From an uncultured Eubacteriales bacterium (GTDB taxonomy: Bacteria; Bacillota; Clostridia; Christensenellales; Aristaeellaceae), in assembly GCA_900315675.1 (NCBI GenBank), contig OMZY01000013.1, forward strand, positions 700-64,699: a stretch of 64,000 bases of DNA, given 5' to 3'. The position numbers and the translations under genes are program-made. Shown here piece by piece: positions 8,923-19,800 of this stretch; within the stretch, counting starts at the first letter, position 1; each line of letters begins with the position of its first letter. Under the pieces are notes generated by a model. That model had not been told where the DNA came from. It was given only the letters and a program-made list of their open reading frames with translations, and did no database searches.

Positions 8923-9168
8923 TTACGGCCGGAAATCATCCGGCGCGGTGCCTTCGTCATCCTTGTCCCTGCCCAGGCGGATCAGAAGGACCACGCCGCC
9001 CACGCAGGCCGCGCCGATGGCCAGGCGCTTCAGCCCTTCCCAGATCAATGGGGAAAAGAACAGCGTAAAGAGGCAGTAGACCGCGCCCACACCCATGGCG
9101 ATGATCAGGATAAAGCGGACGATGAGTCCCATGGCACCGCCGAGTACGGAAAGGATGTCCCTGAGCAT
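8923..9168 (-). CDS. Small hypothetical membrane protein
   Basis: RBS GGAGG, two or three hydrophobic segments, acidic tail. Confidence 0.65.
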   Translation of the reverse strand: MLRDILSVLGGAMGLIVRFILIIAMGVGAVYCLFTLFFSPLIWEGLKRLAIGAACVGGVVLLIRLGRDKDDEGTAPDDFRP

Positions 9169-9240
9169 TTTGTCGTTCCTCCAAAATGCAATTCATAATT
9201 CATAATTGGCATGGTTTTGGGCAGAAAATGTTCCTGTTGC

Positions 9241-9291
9241 TTGAAGGTTTACATCTCCGGAGGAGATTCCTCCACTACGGTCGGAATGACA
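9241..9291 (+). repeat. REP-like GAGATTCCTCCACTACGGTCGGAATGACA element
   Basis: Matches 6870-6938 flank and 1906-1933 core. Confidence 0.8.
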
Positions 9292-9357
9292 ACGTGGGCG
9301 CTACGAGCTAATCATTAGACCAGGTATCCAGAGTATATAATTCTGAATTCTGAATTC

Positions 9358-9912
9358 TTAATTCTGAATTCTATTTATGATCGCTTGTCCTTCGGTTTTC
9401 AGCCATTTCAGCGGCTGTTTATAATCCGGCAGGACCTTCTCCACCTCCGCCCAGAAGCGGGGGGAATGGTTCAGTTCCTTCCGGTGGCACAGTTCATGCA
9501 CAATCACATAGTCCATCACGTCCTCCGGGCAGAGCATCAGCAGGCAGTTGAAGTTCAGGTTGCCCTTGGCGGAGCAGCTGCCCCAGCGGGTTTTCTGGTT
9601 CCGGATGGTGATCCGGCCGTAGGTGACGCCCATCTGTTTTGCCCGGGCTGCCACCCGGGGCGGGATCTCCTTCAGGGCGCGGTCGGCCAGGGCGTTCACT
9701 TCCTCCGCCGTCAGCTTCGGCAGCTGCGGCCGGGAGCTGATCTTCGCCAGGGTCTTTTCGATCCAGCTCCGCTTGCTCTCCAGCACCTGGCGGATCTCCC
9801 TTTCCGGCATGCGCAACGGCGCCCGGACGGTAATTTCGCCCGAGTCGTCAATGCGGATGCCCACGCTCCTGCGCCGGCTCCGGATCAGATGAATATGCCA
9901 CGAGTTTTCCAT
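9358..9912 (-). CDS. M48/SprT-like (YgjP-type) zinc metalloprotease
   Basis: RSRRRSVGIRI, QKTRWGSCS, YVIVHELCH...NHSPRFWAEV; stop codon lies in a 7-bp repeat tract. Confidence 0.9.
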   Translation of the reverse strand: MENSWHIHLIRSRRRSVGIRIDDSGEITVRAPLRMPEREIRQVLESKRSWIEKTLAKISSRPQLPKLTAEEVNALADRALKEIPPRVAARAKQMGVTYGRITIRNQKTRWGSCSAKGNLNFNCLLMLCPEDVMDYVIVHELCHRKELNHSPRFWAEVEKVLPDYKQPLKWLKTEGQAIINRIQN

Positions 9913-9991
9913 GCTTTTCCTCCGCTTTCAGCGATGTTCCGATTGAGTTCCAACCAGCTATAATTCTGAATTCTGCATTCTTAATTGTTGA

Positions 9992-10097
9992 GCATCTGTC
10001 CAAATCTTTGATTTGGGTAACAGATGCCATGCTACAGCTGTCAAAGGTCCGGAGGCATTGCCGAACGGAACTTTGGTAACAGCGATCGCAGAATTAT
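9992..10097 (+). repeat. Two tandem bulged hairpins of the CTGT-stem-GTA-ACAG family
   Basis: 9992-10027 GCATCTGT-CCAAATC-TTT-GATTTGG-GTA-ACAGATGC; 10037-10082 GCTGT-CAAAG...CTTTG-GTA-ACAGC. Confidence 0.75.
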
Positions 10098-10690
10098 TAA
10101 AACACTCCGGTGATAAAGATCTCCAATCCAATCAGGATCAGGATAATGCCGCCGAAGACCGACGCCTTGCCGGCCAGCTTCAGCCCCAGGCGCTTGCCCA
10201 GCTTGACGCCGAGAACGCAGATGCCGAAGGTCACCGCGCCGATGATCACCGCCTCCACCAGGGCGGAAAGCAGGTCGTATTTCGCGATGGTGAAGCCCAC
10301 GGACAGGGCGTCAATGGAGGTGGCGATGCCCTGCACCAGCAGCGCCCCGCCGCGGAGCAGCTTCTTCTCCTCCTCTTCCTCCCTTTCCGTTTCCTCCTGC
10401 AGGCCTTCCCGGATCATCTTGATGCCGATGAACAGGAGCAGCGCCAGGGCGATCCAGGGGATAAAGGGCTGGAAAGCCTGGAAGGCTTCGGCAATGGAAT
10501 GCACACACAGCCAGCCGGCCAGCGGCATCGCCGTCTGGAACAGGGCGAAGGTACCGGCCACCAGCAGCACCCGGCGGGCAGGCATGTTCGGCTCGTTCAG
10601 GCCGTTGGCCACGGAGACCGAGAAGGCGTCCATCGCCAGGCCGACGCCGAAGAGGATACTGTTGACCACAAACATGAAACCGATTGACAT
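10097..10690 (-). CDS. mntP: Manganese efflux pump MntP
   Basis: GVGLAMDAFSVSV, FALFQTAMP, GIATSIDALSVG; Mn riboswitch upstream. Confidence 0.92.
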   Translation of the reverse strand: MSIGFMFVVNSILFGVGLAMDAFSVSVANGLNEPNMPARRVLLVAGTFALFQTAMPLAGWLCVHSIAEAFQAFQPFIPWIALALLLFIGIKMIREGLQEETEREEEEEKKLLRGGALLVQGIATSIDALSVGFTIAKYDLLSALVEAVIIGAVTFGICVLGVKLGKRLGLKLAGKASVFGGIILILIGLEIFITGVF

Positions 10691-10707
10691 GACAGGACCT
10701 CCCAATG

Positions 10708-10740
10708 AAAAAGTCAGGCACGGCGAAACCGTACCTGACT
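10708..10740 (-). terminator. Intrinsic terminator (riboswitch expression platform)
   Basis: AGTCAGGTACGG-TTTCG-CCGTGCCTGACT followed by TTTT on minus strand, between riboswitch and mntP. Confidence 0.75.
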
Positions 10741-10779
10741 GTCTTGGGAGACCGTACATGTATAGCTTCGCAGTTATAC

Positions 10780-10866
10780 ATGAGTCTCGCATATTAAAGC
10801 AAGCCAGGCCGGGGGGGCCAGTATGTTGACTTGCTGCGTAATCACGCTTGCTACTCCCTCATGGGA
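10780..10866 (-). ncRNA. yybP-ykoY (Mn2+) riboswitch
   Basis: Minus strand GGGAGTAGC...GTCAACATAC...GGCCTGGC...GCGAGAC fits the family consensus; upstream of mntP; boundaries approximate. Confidence 0.8.
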
Positions 10867-10896
10867 CGGAAATCATTGTAAGAGCCGGTCTCGCTG

Positions 10897-11478
10897 TTAG
10901 TCAATGCTAATATCTGTTTCCCGGTCCCACTGCCGCAGGAAGGCCTCCATGAACGCGTGGCGTTCCTCCGCCAGCGCCTTCGCCTGCTCCGTGTTCATCA
11001 GGTCTTTGAGCAGGAGCAGCTTCTCATGGAAATGGGCGATGGAGTCCTCCGGCGTCCGGCCGTGCTTTCCGCCGTAGGCAAAGGTGCGGGCGATGCCCAC
11101 CGCGCCGATGGCGTCCAGCCGGTCCGCGTCCTGGATCAGCTGACCCTCGATGGTTTCCGGGCGCTTTCCCCGGTTCTGGCTGAAGGACACCGCGTTGATC
11201 GCCCCGCAGATCCGGTCCGCCGTTTCCGCGTCCACGCCCTGCTCCGTCAGGAAGCGCCGGGCGTTGGCGTTATGCTCCGTATGGAACAGCTTATGGTCGT
11301 CCGCGTCATGCAGCAGGGCGCCCAGCGCCACCACCAGCGGATCCGCCGCGGGGGCAGACTTCGCCAGGTGCAGGGCCGTGCGGTATACCCGCAGGGCATG
11401 CTCCAGGCCGTGGCCGTCCGCGTTTTCCGCGAAGAGCCGCCGGATATATTCAATCGCCGCGTCAATGATCTTCTGCAT
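10897..11478 (-). CDS. HD domain phosphohydrolase
   Basis: GHGLEHALRV, ALLHDADD, IQDADRLDAIGAVGIARTF, HFHEKLLLLK. Confidence 0.9.
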   Translation of the reverse strand: MQKIIDAAIEYIRRLFAENADGHGLEHALRVYRTALHLAKSAPAADPLVVALGALLHDADDHKLFHTEHNANARRFLTEQGVDAETADRICGAINAVSFSQNRGKRPETIEGQLIQDADRLDAIGAVGIARTFAYGGKHGRTPEDSIAHFHEKLLLLKDLMNTEQAKALAEERHAFMEAFLRQWDRETDISID

Positions 11479-11528
11479 CTTCCTTACCGTTCCCCGTTTC
11501 ATTTTCCCCTATCATACCACGGAAAAAA

Positions 11529-11561
11529 AGGGAACGAAAGGGACTGTCCCTTTCGTTCCCT
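11529..11561. repeat. REP-like perfect palindrome
   Basis: AGGGAACGAAAGGGAC-T-GTCCCTTTCGTTCCCT; compensatory T-A/A-T change relative to 813-847. Confidence 0.85.
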
Positions 11562-11581
11562 CCCCGGCAGCAGGCCATGGT

Positions 11582-14500
11582 TTATGCCGCAGGCGCGGCG
11601 GTTTCCGGGTCCGCATCCCATGGCCACTCCGCCATAACAAGCCCGGCAGGGAGTTCAAAGCGGCACGCCACGTTCAGGATTTTTTCAATGTGCGTCACAA
11701 AAGCAGAAAGCGTCATACGCTCCGCTTCATCCGGCGAAATTTCAAGAACATATTCATCCCATTCTCCCTTGGCTTCACCGGCAGACTTCCAGGACAGCTT
11801 ATTATACTCAATGTCTTTTCTTTCATCCCAGTCCCCGATTTCAGCATCGGCAGAAGCCGACCAGGAAAGATAATGCGTATTATCGATACGTACAGATGAA
11901 GGATCCGCATCATGGAATTGCACATGGAGCTTATTGTCAATCCAGCCGATCCCGGACAGGGAAAGTATTCCGCCCATGGATTCCTCCAGCGGCTGCGTAT
12001 AATCCAGGATTTCAGGATACATCGACACGTCCGCGGAAGATATGCTAAGCTGATCATGCGCCAGGAGACTGGTGTTTTCCGGCAGAGCCGTCACTGCCGC
12101 GTCTTTCCCGTACTTCTCCAGCAGCGGAAGCAGGTCAACCCTCTTTGCCTCCCGTGCGCCCAGGCCGCCGAATTGCAGCGTAATCTTCTGGTCAGCCTCT
12201 GCCGGATACACAAGTTCAAATTCTTTCAGGCAGGTCACTTTTTTCTGTTTCTCAGTATCATAGTCCAGTCTTATCAGACTGCTGGTGTTGTAATCCAGAG
12301 AAGGTTCCAAGGTGATCACCGGATCCGCTTTGAGCCGGCCTCCTTCCAGATCCTCAGCCGAAAAGACAACATACAGTCTCTGGTCCCTGATCAGGGCGGA
12401 AATGACCTCCATGCGAACGCCCTGCTCTATAGTGCGGAGATTCAACGGTTTCAGGTCCTTCAGCAGTCCCGGGCGCTTGTTCTCCAGGGCCGCGGTCCAG
12501 TCATTCGCCGGGAGTTCCGCTTCCTCTTCCCGATCAGCCGGTTCCGCGGCGGTCAGGTCCGGAAGCAGATCCAGCGGAACTTCCACAGTCCAGTCATCCC
12601 GGAGGGTCGCCCTCATGATCGTCCCGTATCCGTAAAGCCTCATACTGTCCACGTCTTCCGGCGTGCAGTTGAATATATATTCCTCCCTGCTGGTTTCATT
12701 CTGCAGATTGAACCAGGACACCGGACTGCCGTCCGCCTTGATTTCCTCATACGGTTTCCCGGTCACGTTGCAATTGATAAATAGGCGAAGATCGTTATAG
12801 GCAGGATCCGGAAGTTTCTCATTTTTCCTCACAAGCTGCACATGCAGCTGATCCCCGATCCAGCCAATGGCCGACAGGTATGTATTGCCGTCCAGATGAA
12901 TATCCAGGGATCCCTCATCATTGAGAACTTTCAGTCCGTCTTCCGCACGCTTTCCGTCAAACGTAAAAACAGGATAATTCTCCGGCAGGGTTATGCCCTC
13001 CTCCGTTCTGCCGTCCAGCTCCAGCAGCGGAAGCAGGTCGACTTCCCTTTCCTCCTTGAAATCCAGCTCCTCAATACCAACCCGGAGAGCATTGTTTTCA
13101 GCCAACGGCGCTTTGGACAGATCCACGCAGTAAAGCCAGGTAGTTGTGTTTTCTGTCCGGTTGATTCTCAGCCTTATGTAATGGCCGTATACAGTTCCAT
13201 CCTCCGTTTGCAGATCGTGCGGCGGATCACAGCTGTAGTCACTGTACTCCCCGCTCAGTTCCTGTGTGGTAAGGAGGAAATAAGCATTATCTCCTTTCCG
13301 GCAGCCGGAAACCACTTCCATGCGGATTCCCTGCTTTTCCATGCTCAGGCCGATGGGCGCCAGTTCATCATAGGCAACTTCCTCCACATGGGCGTCCATC
13401 GTGTCCCGGAGGAACGCCTCCTCCGTCACAAGGGTCAGTTCCTCCTCCGGAACCGCTTCGGCAGGCTGGCTGTTTTTGAAGCCTTCCGGGTTGATTTCGT
13501 ATTCATACGATCCGTTCCGGTTCATTTGCAGCCAGATCTCAACAGTATGCCGGGTATACCGGTATCCGCCGTCCTCCGCGTCCCACTGCACGGTCACATC
13601 CAGGGTGCGGACAGGATCACCCTTTGTTCCGGAAATGCCGTGAAGTTTATAGGCTCTCGGGGTACCGGCCGCCATGATCTCCTTCGCGGCCTCCGCCTCA
13701 TCAGGACGATCAGGCTCTGCATGATACGTTAATGCATTCTCCACACGGTCAGTATTGCCCAGGGCCCAGTCCCCGAAGAAAGTCCACAGGGCGGACTGAT
13801 AGGCGGAATCCGGATCGTTCTCTTTTTCAGCCGTTTCCGCGGCGTCCTTTTGCAGGAGCATGTTCATCGGGATCTCCACGCTCCAGTCGTCATACAGCGA
13901 TTCTTCATACTCTGTCAGATGCGTTTCCAGCGTCATCCGATCCACGTCATCCGGGTCACAATTGAATACATATTCACTCCACTCGTCCCAGCTGATCATA
14001 CCGACGTCCGCCTGGACATTTTCACCGTCTACAGCGCCGTAGGCTGACATCCCGTAACCTTTATTCAACACAGGTTGCTGCACGTACAGCTGCACATGCA
14101 GCTGACCGTCGATCCAGCCGATCCCCGACAGGAAAACATTCCCGAACAGGGGGATCTTCTCCTGAGACGCATCATAGCTGAGCACCTTCATATCGCCGGT
14201 TACGGGAGCCACGACATCGGATAAAGACCGCGCGTCTTCCGGCGGCGCCACGCCATCTTCCGTCCCGGCGTGTTCCTTCAGCAGCGGCACCAGATCGATG
14301 GTTGCCTCCTTCTTGGCATGGAATTTATTCATATTCAGATTGAGAGAATCCGATTCGGACGGCATGGGATCAGGCAGTTCCATCTCGTAAACCCAGACGC
14401 TGTAATTTTCAGCTTTATTGCGATACCGTTCCGAACTGGTTAAGGAGAGAAAACCTTCATTATTCGCTATATGAACCAGTTGCAGATCAAGCCCGTTATA

Positions 14501-16273
14501 CTTTCCTTCGACGTCGCGTACTATGACCAGGAAGCTTGCTTTGTCTTCCTGCAGGCAGCCGGAAACGACTTCCATCCGGATCCCCTGCTTTTCCACGCTG
14601 AGGTTGATCGGTACCGGATGATCCCGGAGTTCCGGATAGAACCGCAGCGCGTTCCGGAGGATCGCCTCCTCTGTCAGGAGAACCATCTCCCTCTCCTGCA
14701 CGGGCTCTGCGGGTTCACCCGCAGAGAAGCCTTCCGGATCAACACGGTAGGCGTCCATAGCCGGCGTGACCCTCTGCAGCCTGAGCGCAACCTCATGCCG
14801 GGTGTACGTATCGCCGCCATCTTCCCCGAGCCACTTCACCGTCACATCCAGCATACGGACCGGATCGCCGTCCCAGCCGGTAATACCGTTGATCCTGTAT
14901 CCTGCCGGACGGCGGGCATCCACAAGTTCCTTCACGGTCTGTTCCGGATCGGCCTGGCTTTCCTTCCACGTGTCCGCGCAAACATTCAGCAGGTAATCCG
15001 TATCCTTCAGCGCCCAGTCTTCAAAGAACGCCTGCAGGGTTGCCTTCCACTGAGGCTCCTCTTCAATGTTCCCGCCCGATTCCGTTTCCTCTTCCCGGGC
15101 AGCAGGCTCCTCAGCAGTCAACAGGATATCCGCCAGCGGGATCTGGACTTCCCAGGTATCCTTCACAACTTCCGTAATTTCGTGAATCCAGGCTTCCAGT
15201 CTGATTTTGTCCGCTTCGTCCGGCTGGATACCGAGTATAAACTCACTCATATCCCGATACCCGTCGCCGACAGAACTCCACATCGCCCGTTCCGTGGTAA
15301 CTTCCTTCTCCGGCTTTTCAGCATACAGCGCTGCGACGCCAATCACCATCGGAGGGATCGTTCTGGAGCCGATTGTGATCCGTTCCTGCTGCCGGTCCTG
15401 GACCTGCACATGCAGCTTGTTATCGATCCAGCCGATCCCGGTCAGATAAAAGTCTTTTTCCAGGCGCACATCCAGCGGATTGGTATAATCCAGGACTTTG
15501 GACGGGCTGTATACTATGGCGTCATCAGGCATCTTCACGCCCTCCGATGCTTTGCCATATTCCTTCAGGTAAGGAAGCAGGTCAAGTTTTATCTGCTTGT
15601 CAGCGCCCACATCTTCAACCCTGAACGAATAGAAATTATCCTCCGGATAAGCATAACCGTCGAATTCCGTATAATTCACGCATGTGATTTTATGTTCTGC
15701 CTCGTTATAGTCCAGGTAGCAGCTGTATCCGCTTCCCGGCCTGGTGCCGTAAAGGCCATCATACGTGGTCGCAAACCGGGTGACCCGGTCCCCTTCCAGA
15801 TCCTGGAGGGAGTAAACAATCCACGCTTCGTTTCCTTTTTCCAGGGCGGAAATCACTTCCATCCGGATCCCCTGCTTCTCCACGCTGAGGTTCACCGGCT
15901 TCAGTTCCCCGGCAATCCCCGGGAAATTCGTTTCAAACATTTTAAGCGCGTTCGCGGACAAAGTTTCCGTCCCGGCACCCGTTTCTTCTCCCTTGCCTTC
16001 AGACAGGGCCGTCACCAGGGGCGTTGCGGTTTCCCGCGCCCGGATGGTATCCGGCCGGATAATCAGATCCCGGGAGGCGGCCGTTACAAAGCACAACACC
16101 AGCGCCGCCGCCAGGGCAATGACAGGCTTCCGGTACCGGGATTTTTTCTTTATCGGAGCCTGCTCCTTCTGCTGCATAAGGGAAATGACCTTCCGGTCCA
16201 TTCTTTCCGCAAAGCCTTCCGGCGGCACGGGACTGTGCGCCTGAAGCGTTTTTTCAATATCATTCTTCAACAT
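11582..16273 (-). CDS. Large (1563 aa) single-TM putative anti-sigma factor with repeated DUF4179-like modules
   Basis: Overlaps 3' end of an ECF sigma; short N-terminal cytoplasmic domain, TM at about aa 50-65, four copies of NLSVEKQGIRMEV...GIGWIDxxLHVQ module and two of a second module. Confidence 0.7.
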   Translation of the reverse strand: MLKNDIEKTLQAHSPVPPEGFAERMDRKVISLMQQKEQAPIKKKSRYRKPVIALAAALVLCFVTAASRDLIIRPDTIRARETATPLVTALSEGKGEETGAGTETLSANALKMFETNFPGIAGELKPVNLSVEKQGIRMEVISALEKGNEAWIVYSLQDLEGDRVTRFATTYDGLYGTRPGSGYSCYLDYNEAEHKITCVNYTEFDGYAYPEDNFYSFRVEDVGADKQIKLDLLPYLKEYGKASEGVKMPDDAIVYSPSKVLDYTNPLDVRLEKDFYLTGIGWIDNKLHVQVQDRQQERITIGSRTIPPMVIGVAALYAEKPEKEVTTERAMWSSVGDGYRDMSEFILGIQPDEADKIRLEAWIHEITEVVKDTWEVQIPLADILLTAEEPAAREEETESGGNIEEEPQWKATLQAFFEDWALKDTDYLLNVCADTWKESQADPEQTVKELVDARRPAGYRINGITGWDGDPVRMLDVTVKWLGEDGGDTYTRHEVALRLQRVTPAMDAYRVDPEGFSAGEPAEPVQEREMVLLTEEAILRNALRFYPELRDHPVPINLSVEKQGIRMEVVSGCLQEDKASFLVIVRDVEGKYNGLDLQLVHIANNEGFLSLTSSERYRNKAENYSVWVYEMELPDPMPSESDSLNLNMNKFHAKKEATIDLVPLLKEHAGTEDGVAPPEDARSLSDVVAPVTGDMKVLSYDASQEKIPLFGNVFLSGIGWIDGQLHVQLYVQQPVLNKGYGMSAYGAVDGENVQADVGMISWDEWSEYVFNCDPDDVDRMTLETHLTEYEESLYDDWSVEIPMNMLLQKDAAETAEKENDPDSAYQSALWTFFGDWALGNTDRVENALTYHAEPDRPDEAEAAKEIMAAGTPRAYKLHGISGTKGDPVRTLDVTVQWDAEDGGYRYTRHTVEIWLQMNRNGSYEYEINPEGFKNSQPAEAVPEEELTLVTEEAFLRDTMDAHVEEVAYDELAPIGLSMEKQGIRMEVVSGCRKGDNAYFLLTTQELSGEYSDYSCDPPHDLQTEDGTVYGHYIRLRINRTENTTTWLYCVDLSKAPLAENNALRVGIEELDFKEEREVDLLPLLELDGRTEEGITLPENYPVFTFDGKRAEDGLKVLNDEGSLDIHLDGNTYLSAIGWIGDQLHVQLVRKNEKLPDPAYNDLRLFINCNVTGKPYEEIKADGSPVSWFNLQNETSREEYIFNCTPEDVDSMRLYGYGTIMRATLRDDWTVEVPLDLLPDLTAAEPADREEEAELPANDWTAALENKRPGLLKDLKPLNLRTIEQGVRMEVISALIRDQRLYVVFSAEDLEGGRLKADPVITLEPSLDYNTSSLIRLDYDTEKQKKVTCLKEFELVYPAEADQKITLQFGGLGAREAKRVDLLPLLEKYGKDAAVTALPENTSLLAHDQLSISSADVSMYPEILDYTQPLEESMGGILSLSGIGWIDNKLHVQFHDADPSSVRIDNTHYLSWSASADAEIGDWDERKDIEYNKLSWKSAGEAKGEWDEYVLEISPDEAERMTLSAFVTHIEKILNVACRFELPAGLVMAEWPWDADPETAAPAA

Positions 16274-16751
16274 CTCTCAAGCCCTCCTTTTCCAGGTTCT
16301 CCCTGAGGATTTTCAGCGCGTGACCGATGCGGGTGGAAACCGTTCCCCGGGGAATCCGGAGCACGGAAGCAATCTCCTTTTCGGTCATTCTCTCCTGCAT
16401 TTTGAGAATCAGGGGAATCCGGTATTTGTCCTCCAGGCCGCAGATATAGTCAAAAAGCAGGTCCCCGCTTTTCTCCGCCGCCCGGTTTTCCGGCACGGCA
16501 TCCAGGGGGACAAACTTTTTCCGCCTGCGCAGCTCGTTTTTCGAGCTATTGACCACACAGCGGATCAGATAGGCGCCCAGCGCGTCCGGATTCCGGATCA
16601 GGGCCAGGTGATTCCAGGCAGACTCAATAGCCGCGGACACCGCGTCCTCGGCGTCCGCCTCCGCATGCAGGAAACCCATCGCGACGCGGTACATCCTGTC
16701 CCTGTTTTCCCGGACCGTTTCCAGGAAATGCCGTTCCCGATCCATCCACAT
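16260..16751 (-). CDS. ECF RNA polymerase sigma-70 factor
   Basis: MYRVAMGFL...DAEDAVS (region 2), LEDKYRIPLIL...EIASVLRIPRGTVSTRI (region 4). Confidence 0.9.
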   Translation of the reverse strand: MWMDRERHFLETVRENRDRMYRVAMGFLHAEADAEDAVSAAIESAWNHLALIRNPDALGAYLIRCVVNSSKNELRRRKKFVPLDAVPENRAAEKSGDLLFDYICGLEDKYRIPLILKMQERMTEKEIASVLRIPRGTVSTRIGHALKILRENLEKEGLRDVEE

Positions 16752-16780
16752 ATCCTCCGAATTTGATCGATCTGTAATAC

Positions 16781-16805
16781 AGACGCACCAAAGAGGGCTT
16801 TTTGC
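16781..16805 (-). promoter_or_regulatory. Putative ECF autoregulatory promoter
   Basis: GCAAA-N15-CGTCT upstream of the sigma gene. Confidence 0.45.
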
Positions 16806-16868
16806 TTTTGGGAAATGAAAAAAATGATCCGGCTATGTATAACACAGCCGGATCAACCCGTCAATTCC

Positions 16869-19800
16869 TTATCTGGTTACTGTTTCCCCCGGCCCGGCCT
16901 CCGGACAGATTGTCCTGAGCGGGAACTTCACGCTCCAGTCTCCGTCCAGGTTCTCCTGGCCGATCGTCATGCTCGCCGTCAGCTTCAGCGTTTCCAGCTC
17001 TTCGGGCTCGCAGTCAAAGATATATTCCAGGTATTCCGTTTCCGTCCCCTCATCAAGCCAGCGCAGCGGGCTGCCCGGGGTTAGTTTTTCGGTCATGTTT
17101 TCCGCCCCGTTTTCCCTTTCGGTGAAAGTGAGGGAGAATCCGTAAAAAATATCCATGCGGATCTGCACATGCAGCTGGTCATCCACCCAGCCGATTCCGG
17201 TGAGAGACACATGATTCATCAGCGGAATATCCAGCGGCTTTGTATAATCCAGGACCCTGATCTTTTCCGGATCCAGCTGCCGGTCCATACGGTCATAGCG
17301 GTTGTCCGTGATGTTTTCCGGCGCCCGGATCCCCTCCGTGACCGTTCCGTACTGTTTCAGCAGGGCCGTCATGTCTGTCCATCCGTTCTTTTCCATGGAC
17401 AGGTTATCCAAATTGAGTGAAACGGTCCGGTCATCGGTCCCGATTTGCGTTTTGTATCTGGGATTCCAGATGAAATAGGCCTTATGCTCCTCCCTGTCCC
17501 TGTACAGGCATAGTTCAGAAAAGGACTGCATCTCTCCCACAGTATCCCTCATGCTGTAGGTGCGGTAGGAATAGCCTTCGTATGCCCCTTCCGGATCCTC
17601 CAGGGAGTATACATACCAGGCTTCATTTTCCTCTGCGTCCGCCAGTCCGGAAATCAGTTCCAGCCGGATTCCGTCTTCCCTGCAGCTCACGCCAATAGGC
17701 TTCAGCCGTTCCCTGACCCCGCCGAAGAAATTGTCCAGGCGGCCGTTTATGATCGCTTCCTTTGACAGGGAAACGGTCCGGACGGATGGATCGTATTCCG
17801 CCGGCTGCCTGTCTTCCAGGCTGTCCATGTCAATAAACGGGATAAATCCGTACTTCTTCATCCGGACGGCCATGTGTTCACAGCGGATTTCGCCGCTGCC
17901 CGGATCCAGCTGAACGGTGCAGTCATACAGCAGGCCGTCTTCATCTTCCTGTACCCCGTTTATCTGGTAGCCCAGCGGTTTCCCGCTGTCCAGCAATTCC
18001 CCGATCCGGGCCTGCAGCTGCTCCCCGCCGATCCGCTGTTCCGGAAGAAGATTATACGGCAGGTTGTCCGCGTCTTTTTCCGCCCAGTTGCAGAAGAACT
18101 CCCACAGAATAAACTGGTTATAGTCATTCCTCATGTCCGGATCCGCACCGGTTTCCTGCACAGCGGCGTCTGCGGTCTCCGCGCTGCCGGCCGGTTTCGC
18201 TTCCGGGCAGATCGCGCTCAGCGGGAACTCCAGCTTCCACGGCCCGGGCAGGGTCTTGCCGCCGTTCGCCACGTAAGACAGCTGCACAGTCACCATACGG
18301 TCCGTAAGATCAGCCTTTTCCCAATATTCGTAATGGCCCATCCGGATGGTCTGATGCTTATCCGGATCGTGATACAGTTCTCCGTCCTGGAACGATCTGT
18401 ATGCCCCGATGCTGTCCGACAGAGTATAGATCTCCCAGCTGTCATCGCCGGACTGCATCTCCAGATCCTGGACAGAATATACATACCATGCTTCATTGGG
18501 CGTAACAGCACCGGAGATCAGTTCCATCCGGATTCCGTCCTTTTCGCAGCTAACGCTGCTAACCGGGAACAGTTCCGCCGGAGGATCAAAGCCCTTCAGA
18601 TTGCGGTTAAAAATCGTTTCTTTGGAAAGATCAACAGCCTTCACAGCCGGATCGTTTTCAGCCGGTCCAAGGAGTACCAGGCTGAGCGGATCAGGCATCA
18701 GCTGCCCGTTATTGATCCGTCTGATATCCAGTTCGCACCGCTGATACTGCGGTTCCTCTCCATTGCCCGGATCCGCCAGGATGGTAAGGGTGACCTTACG
18801 CACTTTGCTGTCATCTGTCACAGAGACGCTGTTTACCTGGTAATTCAGCGGTCTGGCGAAGGACAGCTTCTCCTTCACGGCCTCCAGGATGGAAGACGCC
18901 TTATCAGTCCGTTCATACTGTGCAAAGACAGCTGCATTGCCCCAGTTCTTCTGGGCCCATTCAACCATAAAGCGATCCAGCTCATCATAGCCCCGCCCGA
19001 AACCGTCTTCTTCCGCCCCGGCGGTCACCTGATCATCCGGGATACGGATCGGATCCAGCGGAATGTCAAAGGTCCAGTCGTCTTCAATGATCCTGTCGGT
19101 AACGGTGATATTCGCGTTAAGCTCCATCTTTTCCGCGTCTTCCGGCTGACAGTTGAGCACATGTTCAGTCCACTCGGTCCATCCGTCACCGTCTCCGTCC
19201 CAGCTCAGCGGGGCATAATCATTATAGATTTCCCGGGAGGACTTCCCTGTCACGGAACAGGAAACGTTCATACTGCATGCGGAACCGCGGCCATTGCGCA
19301 GGTCAATAACGTCCCGCCCTGTGTTGTGAAGCTGCACATGCAGCCGGCCGTCGATCCAGCCGATGCCGCCCAGGCGCACATCCCTGAACAGAGGGATATC
19401 CAGCGGTTTTTTATAGTTGAGCACCTTCAGGTCCTTCGGCAGCTCAGCGTCTCTGTAGTTATTTTCCAGCCTGGGAAGCTCCACGCCTTCCTCTGTACCG
19501 CCGTGTTCCTTCAGCAGGGGCAGAAGATCGACGGTGCTGCTGTCTTCCACCCTGAAATGCTCGTAGCCAACCTGAAGACTTACGCCGGACGCCGGTAACA
19601 GGTCAGACAATTCCAGGCAGATCATCTGAGTATACTCATTCGCTTCCGGATCGGAAAACAGGTTCATGCAGCTCGTTGAAACAATGTCGTCGCTCCAGAG
19701 CGTTGACGCGTCCAGCTCATATCCGGCATATTTCCCGTCTGCATCCCGTACGTTGCACAGGAAGTATGCATATTTTCCCTTCACGCAGCCGGAAACCACA

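Noticed and set aside
10780-10866. Riboswitch as a novel RNA
   Set aside because: Fits the known yybP-ykoY class in its usual mntP context.
14471-16306. 611-aa plus-strand ORF (likewise 17874-19598, 21283-22518, 25893-27443, 29262-30806, 43409-45808, 46637-47902)
   Set aside because: Antisense shadows of well-supported high-GC genes, with no recognisable motifs.
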